Origin: Azolla caroliniana
Lineage: Eukaryota > Plantae > Polypodiophyta
Assembly: GCA_043228905.1 (NCBI GenBank)
Contig: JBHGNT010000017.1
Location: 14,074,001 to 14,138,000 of the forward strand
Direction of reading: 5' to 3'
DNA length: 64,000 bases
Part shown: positions 10,482 to 23,738 of the stretch, piece by piece
How positions within the stretch are numbered: the stretch's first letter is position 1
Layout of the letters: each line of letters opens with the position of its first letter
The notes under the pieces: model-generated
Databases searched by the model: none
Told to the model about the DNA's origin: nothing
What the model saw: only the letters and a program-made list of their open reading frames with translations
Translations under genes and position numbers: made by a program

Positions 10482-13400
10482 TTAGAGCGGACTATTGAAG
10501 CATGGGGCACAAATAGTCCGAGCAATCACAAGACCCCACAAGTAAGAAGAGTGTGTGGATTGCGAGGAGAAGCAACATGTGTCACACCTAGTGGCGCATG
10601 TAAACTAGTACTACCCGACCAGAAGGACAAGTGTCGGATACAAGAATTCGAGAAGATGCTGAAAGAAGAAAACATAATAGAAGAAGGAGAGTTCGTGACT
10701 CATATTATGGAAGAAGCCTCATTTAATGACACCATCGGCGAAATCGAGGACGTCGTGGACTTGAGCTATCTTCACGACCAACGCGTGATTTCGGTTAACT
10801 CCGTCAACATGTACACTATCATCGATGAATACCGTCGTCGCATCTCGATGAAGGGAGCTGACATCAACACGAAATATAAAACGGTGGATAAGAAGATCAA
10901 GCAAGTTGCGGTTCCGTTACCGGAAGATAGCTGGCAAAAGATGAAGGAAGTCGCTAACGATCCAAGCTTAAGAGATCCGAAGACAATAGGTCATGTCTTC
11001 ACCAAAGAGACGAAGGGGAAGCTACGAGTTGGAAAGGAGGATTTCCTTCTCCCTGAAGAGGAGCGAATGTTTCGCGATATGCTTGAGAGACATGGGAAGG
11101 CTTTCGCATTCTTCCCACGAGAAATCAGATGCGCCGACCCAAAGGTTATAGAGCCGATGGTGATCTTCACGGTGCCTCATGTGCCTTGGAATTTGAAACC
11201 GATACCGGTTCCGAGAGCACACCTTCCGAAGCTGATCGAGCTCTTAAAGGAGAAGGTGAGTATGGGAATTCTAGAACCGTCGAATGCTCCTTATTCCAAT
11301 AAGTGGTTCACGGTGCCGAAGAAGAATGGATCATTGCGATTCATCCAAGATCTTCAACCCGTCAACAAGGTGACAATTCGAAATGCCGAAATCGGTCCGA
11401 GCGTGGACAAATTTGCCGAAGCGTTTGTGGGCCGGTCCATCTACTCCATTGGCGATCTCTACTCCGGATATGACCAATTCCAATTGGCAATCAACAGTCA
11501 GGACATTACAACCATGAGGACTCCGATCGGGCTTGTGCGGATGTGTACCTTACCCCAAGGCGCAACGAACTCGATGGCTCATATGTTGAATGCCATGAAT
11601 AAAGTCTTGAAGGATTGCATCCCGGACATCACGATGCCATTCTTGGATGATATTCGGATGAGGAGAAAGATGAATCGAAAGATAAAGAAGGTTGTAGAAA
11701 GTTCGTTGCAGATCATATGAAAGATTGCGAGAAGGTGCTTCAAAGGCTTGAAGATGCGAATTTGACATTTTCAGGAGAAAAATCCGCATTCGGACAACCA
11801 GAGATCTTGGTGGTAGGTCACTTATGTGGGGCATACAGCCGGAAGCCTTCGCCATACAAAGTGAACACCGATCCAAAACATGAAAGAAGAATGCAAAAAT
11901 CAAACGGAGGTTAGAAGGTTCCTTGGAGCATGCGCATTTTATCATATCTGGATTCCGCACTACGCTCATGTCGCCGAACCGTTATATGGACTACTAAAGA
12001 AAAGAATGAAGTTGGAATGGCAAGACGAGCACACAAATGCAATGCGAAGATTGAAGAAACTGCTTCTTGAAGCTCCGGCACTAAGGAAGGCTAACTATGC
12101 CGAAGGGAAGCCGATTTACGTGACCGTAGATACGAGCCTAACCGGAATCGGGTGGGTCATCAATCAAGAAGGAGAAGATAATGCGCGATATGTCGTCCGG
12201 TTCGGAGCAAAGATTCTTAGCGAACGGCAACAAAGATATGCCCAAGTCAAGTGGGAACTTTGGGGTATTGTGTCGGCAGTGAAGACGGACAAAGATTACC
12301 TGATCGGGTCGGAAGTGATAATAGAGACAGATTGTCTCCCACTTCTCGGAATGGTCTCGGGATGTGCGACCCCAGATCTTGCTATGCTAAGGTGGATTGC
12401 CTACATCAAGTCTTTAAACCCAGAGATCCGTCACATTGCAGGGAAGAAGAACGCCATGGCTGACATGTTGTCGAGGGCAAGATTTGAAAATGGAAGCAAC
12501 ATGGTTTCGGAAGATGAAGATTTCGCCCTCGACTTCTTCAAGATGGCTCGATTATCGGCGGAAGACCAGGACACGCAAACCCTCCACGCCTTCAACGAGA
12601 ACGAGTACGAAGGAGAGTGGTTATTGATCGGTAGATTCCTAAGAACATTGACGGCAGATGCTTCGTTGACAAAGGAGGAGGCCCTACGAATCCGGAAGAA
12701 AGCTTACCGATACTTCTTGAAGGGAGGATTCCTTTGGCGACATCCAAAAAAAAGGACAGGAATACCACGTCGAGTGGTGGTAAAGAAAGAAGAGCAAGAG
12801 AGCTGATGACCGAATTCCACGAGAGTGCTTGGGCAGGTCATAGAGGAACATGGGCGACGTTCAAAATGTTGAAGGAGAAGTACTGGTGGCCAAGCATGTA
12901 CAAAGATGTACTCCATTTCGTGTCCACATGCGAAACTTGCCAAATATATTCAAATATACGTCATCGTGATGAGTTACATCCGACATACCCACTCACCATA
13001 CACTTCAAATGGATGGTGGATCTGGTCTCGATGCCAATGGGAGTGGGACAAATGAAGTACTTAGCGTTGGCAAGGGAAGACTTGACAAATCAAGTGGAAG
13101 GACGAGCCTTGACAAGTAAGACGACTTCAACGGTTTGCAAATTTCTGCTTGAAGAGGTTGTTTGCTGATACGGATGTGTGGGGAAGATAGTGGCCGACCG
13201 AGGGAAGTTGGATGCGCACGAAGCGACGGAGCTCTTCAAACAACTAGGTGTGAAGCTCTCCCTCACGACTGCCTACAATCCGGAAGCGAATGGGAAGATC
13301 GAGCGAGGGCATGGACCTATCATTAAAGTCATCGTACGGGCATCCAACGGTCGAGTCGGGAATTGGCCACGACTATTACCCTATGCCTTGTGGGCCGATA

Positions 13401-14067
13401 GAACGACACACAGCTCGGTGACAGGGTATATGCCGACGGAGCTTATGTATGGGCATCCAACGGTCGAGTCGGGAATTGGCCACGACTATTACCCTATGCC
13501 TTGTGGGCCCATAGAACGACACACAGCTCGGTGACAGGGTATATGCCGACGGAGCTTATGTATGGACAAAAGCCGGTTATGCCCATCGAAAGGACGATCG
13601 CCTCATGGGTAGCAATATCGTGGGAGAATGAGATGAGCCGAGAATAGTTATTAGCGGCGCAGATAAGGCAACTTGAAAGAAGACCCGAAGATTTAGAAAA
13701 AGTGCGAAAGATGATGGAGGCAGCCCGAGTAAAGAACAAAGTTCGGTTCAACAACACGCATCGACTTCGTCCCAAGAAGATTGAAGAAGGAGATTGGGTT
13801 TAGGTTTATGACAGCAGCCTTGACAATCAACATAGTACAACAAGAAAGTTCTCAAGAAGATGGTTCGGGCCGTATGTGGTGACAAGTGCCAACGATAATG
13901 CCACATACCACCTTGCGGAGCTAGACGGATCAAGGTTGGTTGTACCCATTGCGGGAAAAAGAGTAAAGATTTTCAAGAAAAGACAAAACGAGAATCCTGA
14001 CCTTGATCACCTCGACAATGAACATAATAGGGCGGATGTAAATGAAGACATGGAGAAATTTGATTGA
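10482..14067 (+). pseudogene. RT-RH-IN of element B (frameshifts, stops, 113-bp duplication at about 13339-13563)
   Basis: DLYSGYDQ, LPQGATNS, PFLDD, TVDTS, IETDCLP, AREDLTNQVEGRAL, AYNPEANGKIERGH. Confidence 0.92.
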
Positions 14068-14139
14068 TCATTGTAGCCGAAATCTCACTATCTCTCTTCT
14101 TGGCACGTACCGGAGGACGTGCGGTTTGGTGGGGGTGGA

Positions 14140-15249
14140 TGTCGTGAAGATTTTCGGCAATGGTGTGAAAATCACATAAAACGTACAAAATCGAGTATAA
14201 ATTACATAAAACAATAATAGTGAAGTACCTAAGTACAAAATGATGGAAGTCTTCAAGAGCTTTCGAATGCACTTTGTTACACGAGAAACGAACAACTAGA
14301 TGTCAAGATATGAGGGTATAAAGTTTGTGAAAGGAAAAGAGAAAACTGTGAGATATCCCACAGAGGCACGACAAATACGACTCTCATCATATATAAGGTA
14401 GAGCAAAAGCTACTATCTTTGTGTCTATGTGTTGAGCATAGAGAGTTCAAGGTAACTTGAACTAAGAGTGGAGGTGGCCTAGGCACTTATAAAGGTTTTG
14501 GCCAACCAAAACAGAACTGGATGGTAACCGGCGATATCGGCATCCGACGGAGCTGGCGAGGCGGCGGCGGAGCCGGTGACCCGGCGGAATCGGCAACTAA
14601 CGGAACCGGTGACCCGGCGGTATCGGCATCCGGCAACCGACGGTAACCGGCGGCAACCGGCATCCGGCAAACCGGCGACCAAATTAATAAATAAATATAT
14701 ATATCACATATATATACACAAGGAGGGTAAGTGAAGATTCGAACCTTGCACCTCCTAGTTAAGAGTCAATAGGCTTACCACTAAGCCATGACATTTAGTT
14801 AAATTTATATTTCTATCATTGTACTTTTACATGGCAATTCTCATACATGAGAGCTAAAATGAGTGATATGGTTATCATGGTTATCCTGCACCAAATGGCA
14901 AACATGCATTTCATGCATGTCTTGTACCCTCACATGCATCATATGCATGAGAGTGTCTATAAAAGAAGGGATGAAAAAGAAGAAGGGTTAGGCTTTTTTT
15001 GTTATGAAATTAAGAAGAAGAGAATTCGTTATCGAATTGATCGTGTAACTTGTTTCTTAAAATCTAAAATCAAGAGTTCAATCTTAATCTTTCTCAATCT
15101 AAGTCAAGCGTTTAATCTTAATCTCTTTCTCTCTCTCAATCTATCCTAAATACTTTCTCGCTAAGCTTGGTGCGAACTTCGATCCTTCCGGTTCAGAACC
15201 CCGGCGGTTCCGCCTCACGATCCGCGCCTAGTGACGGATCTTCAGGACA
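14140..15249 (+). repeat. 3' LTR of element B
   Basis: Direct repeat of 1200-2294. Confidence 0.95.
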
Positions 15250-15253
15250 GCAG

Positions 15254-18200
15254 CGCGTCGTTTCGCTTTTTCGGGACCCTCCAGATTTTCCCGTTCCATA
15301 GGAAATATCAATATGCACTCTTCTGGAGCTGTCCGGCCTCCCCCTTAGTCATCATGGCGTCCGTCGTCATTGACTTCAGAAATCTCCCGATTAGGAGCCA
15401 CTCCCCGTCGTAGCCGTCTTCGTCGAACTCATTCACGGGTGGGGCGCTTTGCTCTTTTATCCTCATCCTTGCCAATTTGAAGAAGTCTACGCCGACTTCT
15501 TCGTTCTCCGATACCATGTCGTCCTCGACCTCGAATCTTGCTCTGGAAAATATGTTGGCCATGGCGTTGTCTTTACCCGAGATGTATCGTATCTCCGGAT
15601 TCAGGGACTTGATGTACGCAATCCACCTGAGCATGGCCAGGTCGGGAGTCGCGCATCCGGAGACCATACCGAGAATCGGTAGGCAGTCCGTTTCTATAAT
15701 TACTTCCACCCCGATTAGGTAATCTTTGTCGACCTTAACCGCCAAAACGATACCCCACAGGTCACACTTGACTTGGGGTACCCTCGCTGTCGCTCATTTA
15801 GTACCTTCGCACCGAACCGGATAGGGAAGTGCGTGTCGTCTTCGTCCTCTTGATTTACGACCCATCCGATCCCGATCGGGCTGGTGTCCACCGTGATGTA
15901 GACCAGAGTGCTCGGTGCATATTCCGCTTTGCGCAAAGCCGGTGCCACGGTAAGCGCTCGCTTTAGGTTCCGGACTGCCTCCGTATGATCCTTCGCCCAT
16001 GCGAATCTTCTACTCTTCTTCATCAGGCCGTAGACTGGTTTGGCGATGTGCGCGTAATGAGGGATCCATATGTGGTAGAAGGCACATGCTCCTAAGAATC
16101 GTCGGACCTCTGTGATGGATCCGCACTCCTCCTTCATTGTTGAGATGGCCTCTACCTTGGTCGGCGATGGCTTCCGGCCGTACAACCCACATAGGTGGCC
16201 AACCACTAATATCTCTTGTTGCCCGGAGGCCGACTTCTCTCCCGAGAAGGTAAGCCGCGCGCCTTCGAGCCTGTGTAGTATCTTTTCGCAGTCGGGAATG
16301 TGGTCCGTGACAAACCTTCGTCACCCGTCTGCGCCGATCGACTCATCCTTGGTGCCCTCCGGATACCCCTTGATAGGGATGTCATCCAGGAAAGGCATGG
16401 TGATGTCCGGAATGCAGTCCCGCAGAACTCGGTTCATAGCATTCACCATGTGTGCAACCGAGTTGGTTCCTCCTTGTGGTAAGGTGCACATCCGAACTAG
16501 ACCGAGAGGGGTTCGCATCGTCGTGATGTCCCTGCTTTCCACGGCCAATTGGAATTGGTCGTATCTTGAGTAAAGGTCTCCGACCGAGTATATGGACCTT
16601 CCAGCGAAGGCTTCCACGAACTCATCGATCGACGGTCCGACTCCCGTATTGCGAATGGTCACTTTGTTGACTGGTTGTTAGTCCTGGATGAACTACAGCG
16701 TACCGTTCTTCTTCGGTACCGTAAACCACCGGTTAGAATAGGGGGCACTCGACGGTTCGAGGATGCCCAACTCTACCTTTTGTTTAAGGAGCTCCATCAG
16801 CATCGGCATGTGAGCCCTCGGTACTTGGATTGGCTTGAGGCTACATGGTATGTGCGGCACCGTAAAGATTACCATTGGCTCGACGATGGTCGGGTCGACG
16901 CACCCGATCTCTCCTGGTGAGAATGTGAAGGCCTTCCCGTGCCTTTCGAGCATCCTTCTGAACCAATCCTCTTCCGCCGGCAGTAGGAAGCCACCCCCAC
17001 CGATCTTCAGCTCTCGTAACGTTTTGTCGGTGAAATGGTGCCCTATGCCGGCCGGATCCCGCAAGTTGGGGTCGGTAGCAACCCCTTTTATTCATTCCCA
17101 ACTGCCCTCCGGCAAGGGGGCCGCGACAGGCTTCACCTTTCGGTCCACAGTCTTGTATTTCGTGTCTACACGGGTGATCCGACGCGCCCGGGTTCCTCTT
17201 CCAAAGTCCGCAATGACTTCGTACATGTCGATCGAGTAGACCGGTCTGACTCGGTCTTCGCTTAGACCTCCTTCTACTACCTTCCCGATTTCCCACAGGG
17301 TGACATCGAACGAGACTGCCTCCACGGCTTCCCCAATTCCTCCGTCGTTGCTCAAGGCTCCACACGCCTTCAAGCGTATCTCGGCCCGTTTTCTTTCTCG
17401 GCCACTGATGTTGACTATGGTACATCCTCCGTTGTCGGAGAACAAAACTTTCCTACCTATTTTACAGGAGTGGGGAGCTTTCCGATTATCCGGACTATCG
17501 CGGCCCCACACCTTGATAGCCCTTTTTTAAAATCCGGCTTGTTATCATTTCCGAGGGTGTCCCAATTTCGCTCGTGGTTCTTCCGAACGGTCAAAAATCC
17601 AACGGAGTGACGGACGTCCTGACTTTTTACCCTCGCGTAGGCTGAGCCATTGTCTAGCACTTTCGTTTCCATTCTAGCCGCCGTGATGTATGGTTCCCCA
17701 AGGTTTATCGGGTGAGAGGACATCTCTTGCACGAAAAAGTGTTGGTTTATGTCGACGTCCCCGACGCTTACCCTGACGTTCGGCCAAGCCCCGTGTAGCT
17801 CTTCCGTGGCTCTTGTAGCCGCGTGTATCTTCCACCCATGTTTGGTATTGATCGGCCAATTCCCCTTTTTGTAGAAGTCCATGGACATCAGGTTAATTTC
17901 CGACCCATGCTCGATTAACGCCACCACCGGTTCTTTGACATTCCCGATACGAACTAGGGTTTCTGTGGTAGCTCTTGCCCAATGCGGTTTGGCATAGTGT
18001 CTCTCCGTGAGCTCGTCTTCCACGGCTATCTCATCGAGGAGTGCCGCCCTTACCTCAACCGGCTTCTCGGGCTCTGGTTCCATTGCGAGACGCTTTCTCT
18101 TTACGAGGTCCACAATGTTGTCGTGGAACTCCCTTCTTGCTATGCCGAGCACTTCCCTAAGCGTGAGTTCTATGCGACTGTCGAGAACTCGCTCCTCTAA

Positions 18201-19660
18201 AACCTTTTGTAGGTTCGTTGTTTTCTCTATCTCTGAGCTTAAGCAGAAGCTCGGAATCCTGCCCTTCTCCTTCTCTTGGGATTCGGTCGGAGCGGCATCG
18301 TGCTTTTTGGTCGCGCTTCGTGTGTCATGCCTCCCTGATGGGCCCGCTCCCCCGGTTTTTCCCGCTCGCCTTTCGTCGATCAGGGCTTCGTAGTTTCTGC
18401 ACGTTGCCTCCACAAAGCCGGTGCTTTCTTCAACGGGGTCACTCCACCCGGTAACTTCACGAACACGTTCTTCTGCGTGCTCCGCTTCCTCCTTCTGCAG
18501 CCTTCCTCCGGACAAGGTCTCGAGAACGATCGGCCAGAACCCAAATTTGGAATCGGGTTTGGTCGTCTTCTCCCCTACGCGTATGCCGGCCGAAGCCGAA
18601 TAGTGGATAGCTTCGATGTGCCGGGCCGCGGCTTCTTCCATTAGCCTCTTCATGCCACCTCGTCTAAAATTCGTGTCGAGCAATCTTCCCGTGTCGCTCG
18701 CGTGTACCCTACCATTTGAAAGGTAGACTACATTACTCCTGAGCGCTTCTCCGAAGTCAACGCATTCCCTCCGGGCATGTCCAGTGGCGTCACACCATAT
18801 GCACCTCTGATTGGCCGGTGGTTGCCGGTCGCGCGGCTGATCTTCGTCGCTTCGTCGGGCCTGGGCGATCTGGAGGTCGCGCACCATCCTTGTCAGTTCT
18901 TCTAGTCCGGCGCCACCTGCAGGCCCCATGACTATGTTCGTCGGGGGTGGGCCTGGCTCGAGCCACCTCCTCGTATCTTCCATTTGGGTCGGCGTTGGTT
19001 CGGCCCTGATTTCGACAGCCGGTCCGAACGACGAGGATCCCTTTTCTTTCCAGTCCGGCGTTTGTCAATCCTACTGCATACTTCCTTGATGATCGCCTAG
19101 TCGGTCGTGAGACCTCGGTTGGTTTCCAGAAGAAGACCCACGCTTTCCTGGACACGCGAATCGAAAGATGTCACGAAAAATAGGACTTTGCTTGTTTCGA
19201 GCACGGTTCGGTCAAATCTAGAGAGTCGCGCGAACCGTGTCTCGAAATCCTAGAGGAGCACCGAAGCGTTATAACCCTTGCCGGGGCTATTGACCCAGTC
19301 CATAAAATCCTTTCTTGATAGCCAGAGCGAATCATCATAGTTGTACCTCTCGAGAATTTCCTCTGCGAACTCCGCCCAATCGTGACAGCCCGCTTGTATC
19401 TCGACCATCTCTGTATGGATGTGTGGTGTTACGACCAGGGGAAACCCCGCTAGCCGTCTATCTTCGGGTATGTCCCTCATCTGCATTTCCTATTTGTAGG
19501 CCTCTAAGTAACTCGTGGCGTCCTTTCCGCCGAACCGGCCTATCTTGCCGACCATCGCCTCTATGGCCCGGTCAAGGACACCCGCACCCTCGCGAGCACT
19601 AACCAGGCGGTCTACCGCCAACGCCATTGCTTCTGCCAGTTCACTTCCTCTCATCTCCAT
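15254..19660 (-). pseudogene. gag-PR and RT-RH of element A
   Basis: Minus-strand ORFs 17457-18983, 17092-17511, 16693-17064, 16321-16662 (PFLDDIPIKG), 15715-16206 and 15308-15745 are homologous to B. Confidence 0.9.
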
Positions 19661-19678
19661 ATTCCTTTGCCACCCTTA

Positions 19679-19696
19679 TTCACGTCGGGTTCACCA
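19679..19696 (-). other. PBS of element A, complementary to tRNA-Trp
   Basis: Minus strand TGGTGAACCCGACGTGAA, 4 nt inside the LTR. Confidence 0.85.
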
Positions 19697-19700
19697 AATA

Positions 19701-20422
19701 TGTCGAGGATATCCTCACGGATGCGTAGAAGTCGGGCAGGACCACGGGGGTCTCGAACCAAGGAATCAGGAAAGCGAGGAGGGAGGAGTTTGGGGACCGC
19801 GTAGGTCTTGAGGCCACGGGAGAGCAGGTAAGTCTAGCAAATGATAGAGAGTAAGAGAGTCACGCGTAGACACAGACACGGACAAAGAAGCTAAGAACAA
19901 AGTATGTTAGGTAGAAAGAGTTCTATTAAAACACAGGTGCACGGTGCGGTGGATGATTACAACCGGATCAGAGCCGGTGATGGAGCATTGAGCTCGGTAA
20001 AATAGCACAGGAACAAAGAGACGTTCGTGCATAGAAGGTCGATCCCTGGGTCGGGAGCACTCGACCGTCTGACGCGAGCAAGGGAAGCGCCTTCTTCTTG
20101 CGATCAGTCCTTGGTCCTTCTCTGTATCCTTTCCTCTCGATGGCATCCCAAAGACAATCAAAGGTCGCCCCTTTTATAGCACAAGGAGCGACTGCTACAA
20201 GCATTCATGACCCTTCACCTTTTGTCCTAGATTCTCTCCTCGTAACTCGCCCTACTTATGCGATGTCTATATCTTCTTTAATGCTCTAACTACCTAGTAC
20301 CCCTCCTTATACTCATGCCTAGTACTTATCCTATGTAATTCCCTCGAGGCGTGCACTCGCGTATACCGGTGTTCCTGTGCATTTCACCTTGTTTCCGCTT
20401 ATGGCCCGGAATCTTCACGACA
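19701..20422 (-). repeat. 5' LTR of element A
   Basis: Minus strand TGTCGTGAAG...CCTCGACA, adjacent to the PBS; sharp junction with the pol of C at 20423. Confidence 0.88.
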
Positions 20423-23400
20423 CCGTTGCCCGCTAATAGCAAACAAAAGATGAAAGAAGTCTCGGGAGATCCGACACTTCGGAAGTCCGTGGATATCGGA
20501 CATGCCGTCACGGATTAAACTCGGAAGAAACTTTGGATCGGTGGAGGTGGTTTCCTCTCACAAAATGAAGAAGAACGGTTTTGTGAGATGTTGGCGCAGC
20601 ATGGAAGAGCATTTGCATTCACATCGAAAGAGATAGGGTGTGCTGACCCAAAGATAGTGAAGCCAATGGTGATCTTCACGATTGATCATGTGTCGTGGAA
20701 CCTGAAGCCAATTCCGATCCCACGAGCGCATATTCCAAAAATCATTAACTTGCTCAAGGAGAAGGTGGCGATGGGGATTCTAGAGCCATCCAACGCTCCG
20801 TACTCAAATTGATGGTTTACGGTTCTGAAGAAGAATGGGTCACTCCGATTTATTCAAGATTTGCAACCGGTGAACAAGGTCATGATCCGGAACTCCGGAG
20901 TCAGTCCGATAGGGGATGAATTTGCGGAAGTGTTTGCCGGTCGCACGATATACTCCATCGGAGACCTATACTCCGGGTATGACCAATTCCAACTAGTCGT
21001 GGAGAGCCGAGACATCACTACCATGCGAACACCGATAGGATTAGTCCGGATGTGCATGCTACCACAAGGCGCGACAAACTCGGTCACACATATGATGAAT
21101 GCGATGAACAAGGTGCTTCGGGACTACATTCTGGAGATAACGATGTCGTTCCTAGATGGCATTCCAATAAAAGGATGTGCGGTGGAAGAAAAAGATAAGA
21201 CTATGGATGATCAGGGATGCCGAAAGTTCGTAGTCGACCATATTCGCGATTGCGAGAAAAGTGTACACCTAACGCTCCCCGGAGAGAAGTCGGCATTCGA
21301 ACAAGAAGAAATATTGGTAGTCGGACATCAATGTGGGCCCTACAGCTGAAGACCGTCGCCAGTCAAGATCGATGTGATTCCGGAAAATGAAAGAAATATG
21401 CGAGTCACAATCGAAGTCCGTAGATTTCTTGGGGCATGTGCATTCTACCACATATGGATTCCACACTATGCACACATTGCAGACCCACTCGATCACTTAT
21501 TGCGGAAGGGAAAGAAGTCTGAATGGAAACCGAAACATACCAAAGCTGTGAAGAAGCTCAAAAAATCACTACAGAGGGCAGAAGCACTTAAGAAGCCGAA
21601 CTATGACCAACCGATTATAGTAACGGTTGATACAAGTCCAACCGGGATCGAATGGGTCATCAATCAAAACGATTCGGATGGGTCATCAATCAAGACGATT
21701 CGGATGGTTCACGATATCTGTTCCGATTCGAAGCAAAGGTTCTCAACGAAAGGCAACGCGGGTATGCACAAGTTAAAAGAGATTTATGGGGAGTCGTGTC
21801 AGTGATAAAATCAGATCGAGATTACTTGATTGGAGCCAAAGTGGTGATCGAAACGGATTGTCTTCCGATACTTAGGATGATGCAGTGTTGCATGATACCA
21901 GATGTGGCTATGCTAAGATGGATTGCATATGTAAAGTCGCTTAATCCGAAGATACGACACATCTCCGGAAAAGACAACACGATAACGGATATGCTATCAA
22001 GGGCATGGTTCGGAGACGACATAGCCGAATCCGATAATGAAGAAGTTTCCGAAAACTACTTTACTTCGGAGCATATATGCCGGGTGAACGTAATCTGAGA
22101 ATTCCGAGAAGAAGAATACGAGGGAGAAAGTTTGCTAATCGGGAAAGTGCTATGTACAAGAAATCGAGGAATCATCGGGCAATAAAGAAAAGAGAGCCAA
22201 GATCCGAAGTAAGAAGCGGCAAAACCAAAAGTTTTTCTTGAACAACGGATTAATCTGGAGGGAGCCGAAAAGACCAAATGGTATGCCACTACGAGTAGTC
22301 GGAACAAAAGAGCAACAAAACCAGATAATGTCCGAATTTCACAAATCCGATTGGGCTGGACATCGGGGAACATGGGCAACATTTGCGAAGATCAAACAAA
22401 AATATTGGTGGAAGAATATGTACAAAGATGTAACGGAGTTCACGGAAATATGTGAGAAATGTCAAATCTACTCCAGAGTTTGACACCGAGATGAATTACA
22501 TCCAACATTCTCACCGACAATCAACTTCAAATGGATGGTCGACATTGTGCCCATGCCAACCAGGATCGGACAAAATAAGTACTTGGTGTTAGCCCGAGAA
22601 GATCTAACAAACCAAGTAGAAGGACGAGCACTATGGAGGAAAACATGTTCCGCGGTATGCCAATTTCTCTTGGAAGAAGTGTTATGCAGGTACGGGTGCA
22701 TCGGACAAGTGATTGCGGATCGGGGAGAACTTGACACTAGGGAATTCTTCGTCAGACATGGATTACGGTTAACACTAACCACGGCATACAATCCGGAAGC
22801 CAATGGGAAGGTCGAACGAGGACATAGTCCAATCATCAAATCACTTGCAAAAGCATGTGATAGAAGGGTGAAGGATTGGCCGCAAATGCTTCCATATGCA
22901 CTATGAGCGGATCACACGACACATTGTTCCGTGACTGGTTATATGCCAGCCAAACTTATGACCGGACCAGCACCCGTAATGCCGACGGAAACCGCAATTG
23001 CAACATGGACAATGCTACCGTGGAAGGAAGAAATGAGCCGGGAAGAACTACTAGCGGTCCGGATATGACAACTAGAGGGAAGACCGGAAGACATAGCGGA
23101 AGCAACACGCCAACAACAGGAAGCGCGATTCCGGAACAAAAGTCGATTCGATGCAAAGCATCGACTAAGACCACGGAAGATTGAAGAAGGAGATTGGGTG
23201 ATTGTTTATGACAGTAGTTTGGATCATCAACATACAACGATACGGAAGTTTGCTAAAAGGTGGTTCAGGCCATACGAGGTTCGGAAAGTTTTCGACAACG
23301 TAACTTACCGACTATGCGAGTTGGATGGAACAGTACTACAGGTACCTATAGCGGGGAAACGGGTGAAGATTTTCAAGAAGCGGACTAACGACGAACCTTA

Positions 23401-23706
23401 TGTAAGCTTAGACAAGACCGACAACGAGGAGCAATCGGACAAAGATTGCGGTGATGTGGGAAGTGAAGAAAGTGGACTACAATTGATAATCGACATAAGG
23501 GGAGAATCGGAGAGTGCTACGGATGGAGGCGAATAACAAGCATCGGGAACTTCGGCACATACCAGAGGATGTGCAGGTTCAGAGGGGGCAAGTGTCGTAG
23601 TGTAATTCGCACACTACATGAAATATGTAAATATATATGTGTGTGTGTGTGTGTGTGCGGGTTCAGAGGGGGCAAGTGTCGTAGTGTAATTCGCACACTA
23701 CGTGAA

Positions 23707-23738
<32 letters not shown>

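Larger units (their letters stand above)
2356..10485 (+). pseudogene. gag-protease ORF of element B, split by E (3831-9758) and with stops
   Basis: ORF 2356-3830 with a CVWCDSMDH zinc knuckle; continues in frame after 9758 to the protease motif LIDHGSEINLM; ends GAT TTT TAG. Confidence 0.85.
1200..15249 (+). mobile_element. Element B: full-length degenerate non-chromovirus Ty3/gypsy LTR retrotransposon, interrupted by element E
   Basis: LTRs 1200-2294 and 14140-15249 (TGTCGTGAAG...GACA); TSD GCAG at 1196-1199 and 15250-15253; PBS 2303-2320; PPT-like GGTGGGGGTGGA 14128-14139; domain order gag-PR-RT-RH-IN. Confidence 0.95.
1..20422 (-). mobile_element. Element A: degenerate non-chromovirus Ty3/gypsy LTR retrotransposon, interrupted by element B at 1200-15249; 3' LTR lies outside the window
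   Basis: 5' LTR 19701-20422; PBS 19679-19696; gag/PR fragments about 19660-17530 (CIWCDATGHARREC zinc knuckle); RT/RH 17511-15254; integrase 1199-33. Removing B and one GCAG copy restores the frame PKKRNDALLWVITR. Confidence 0.9.
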
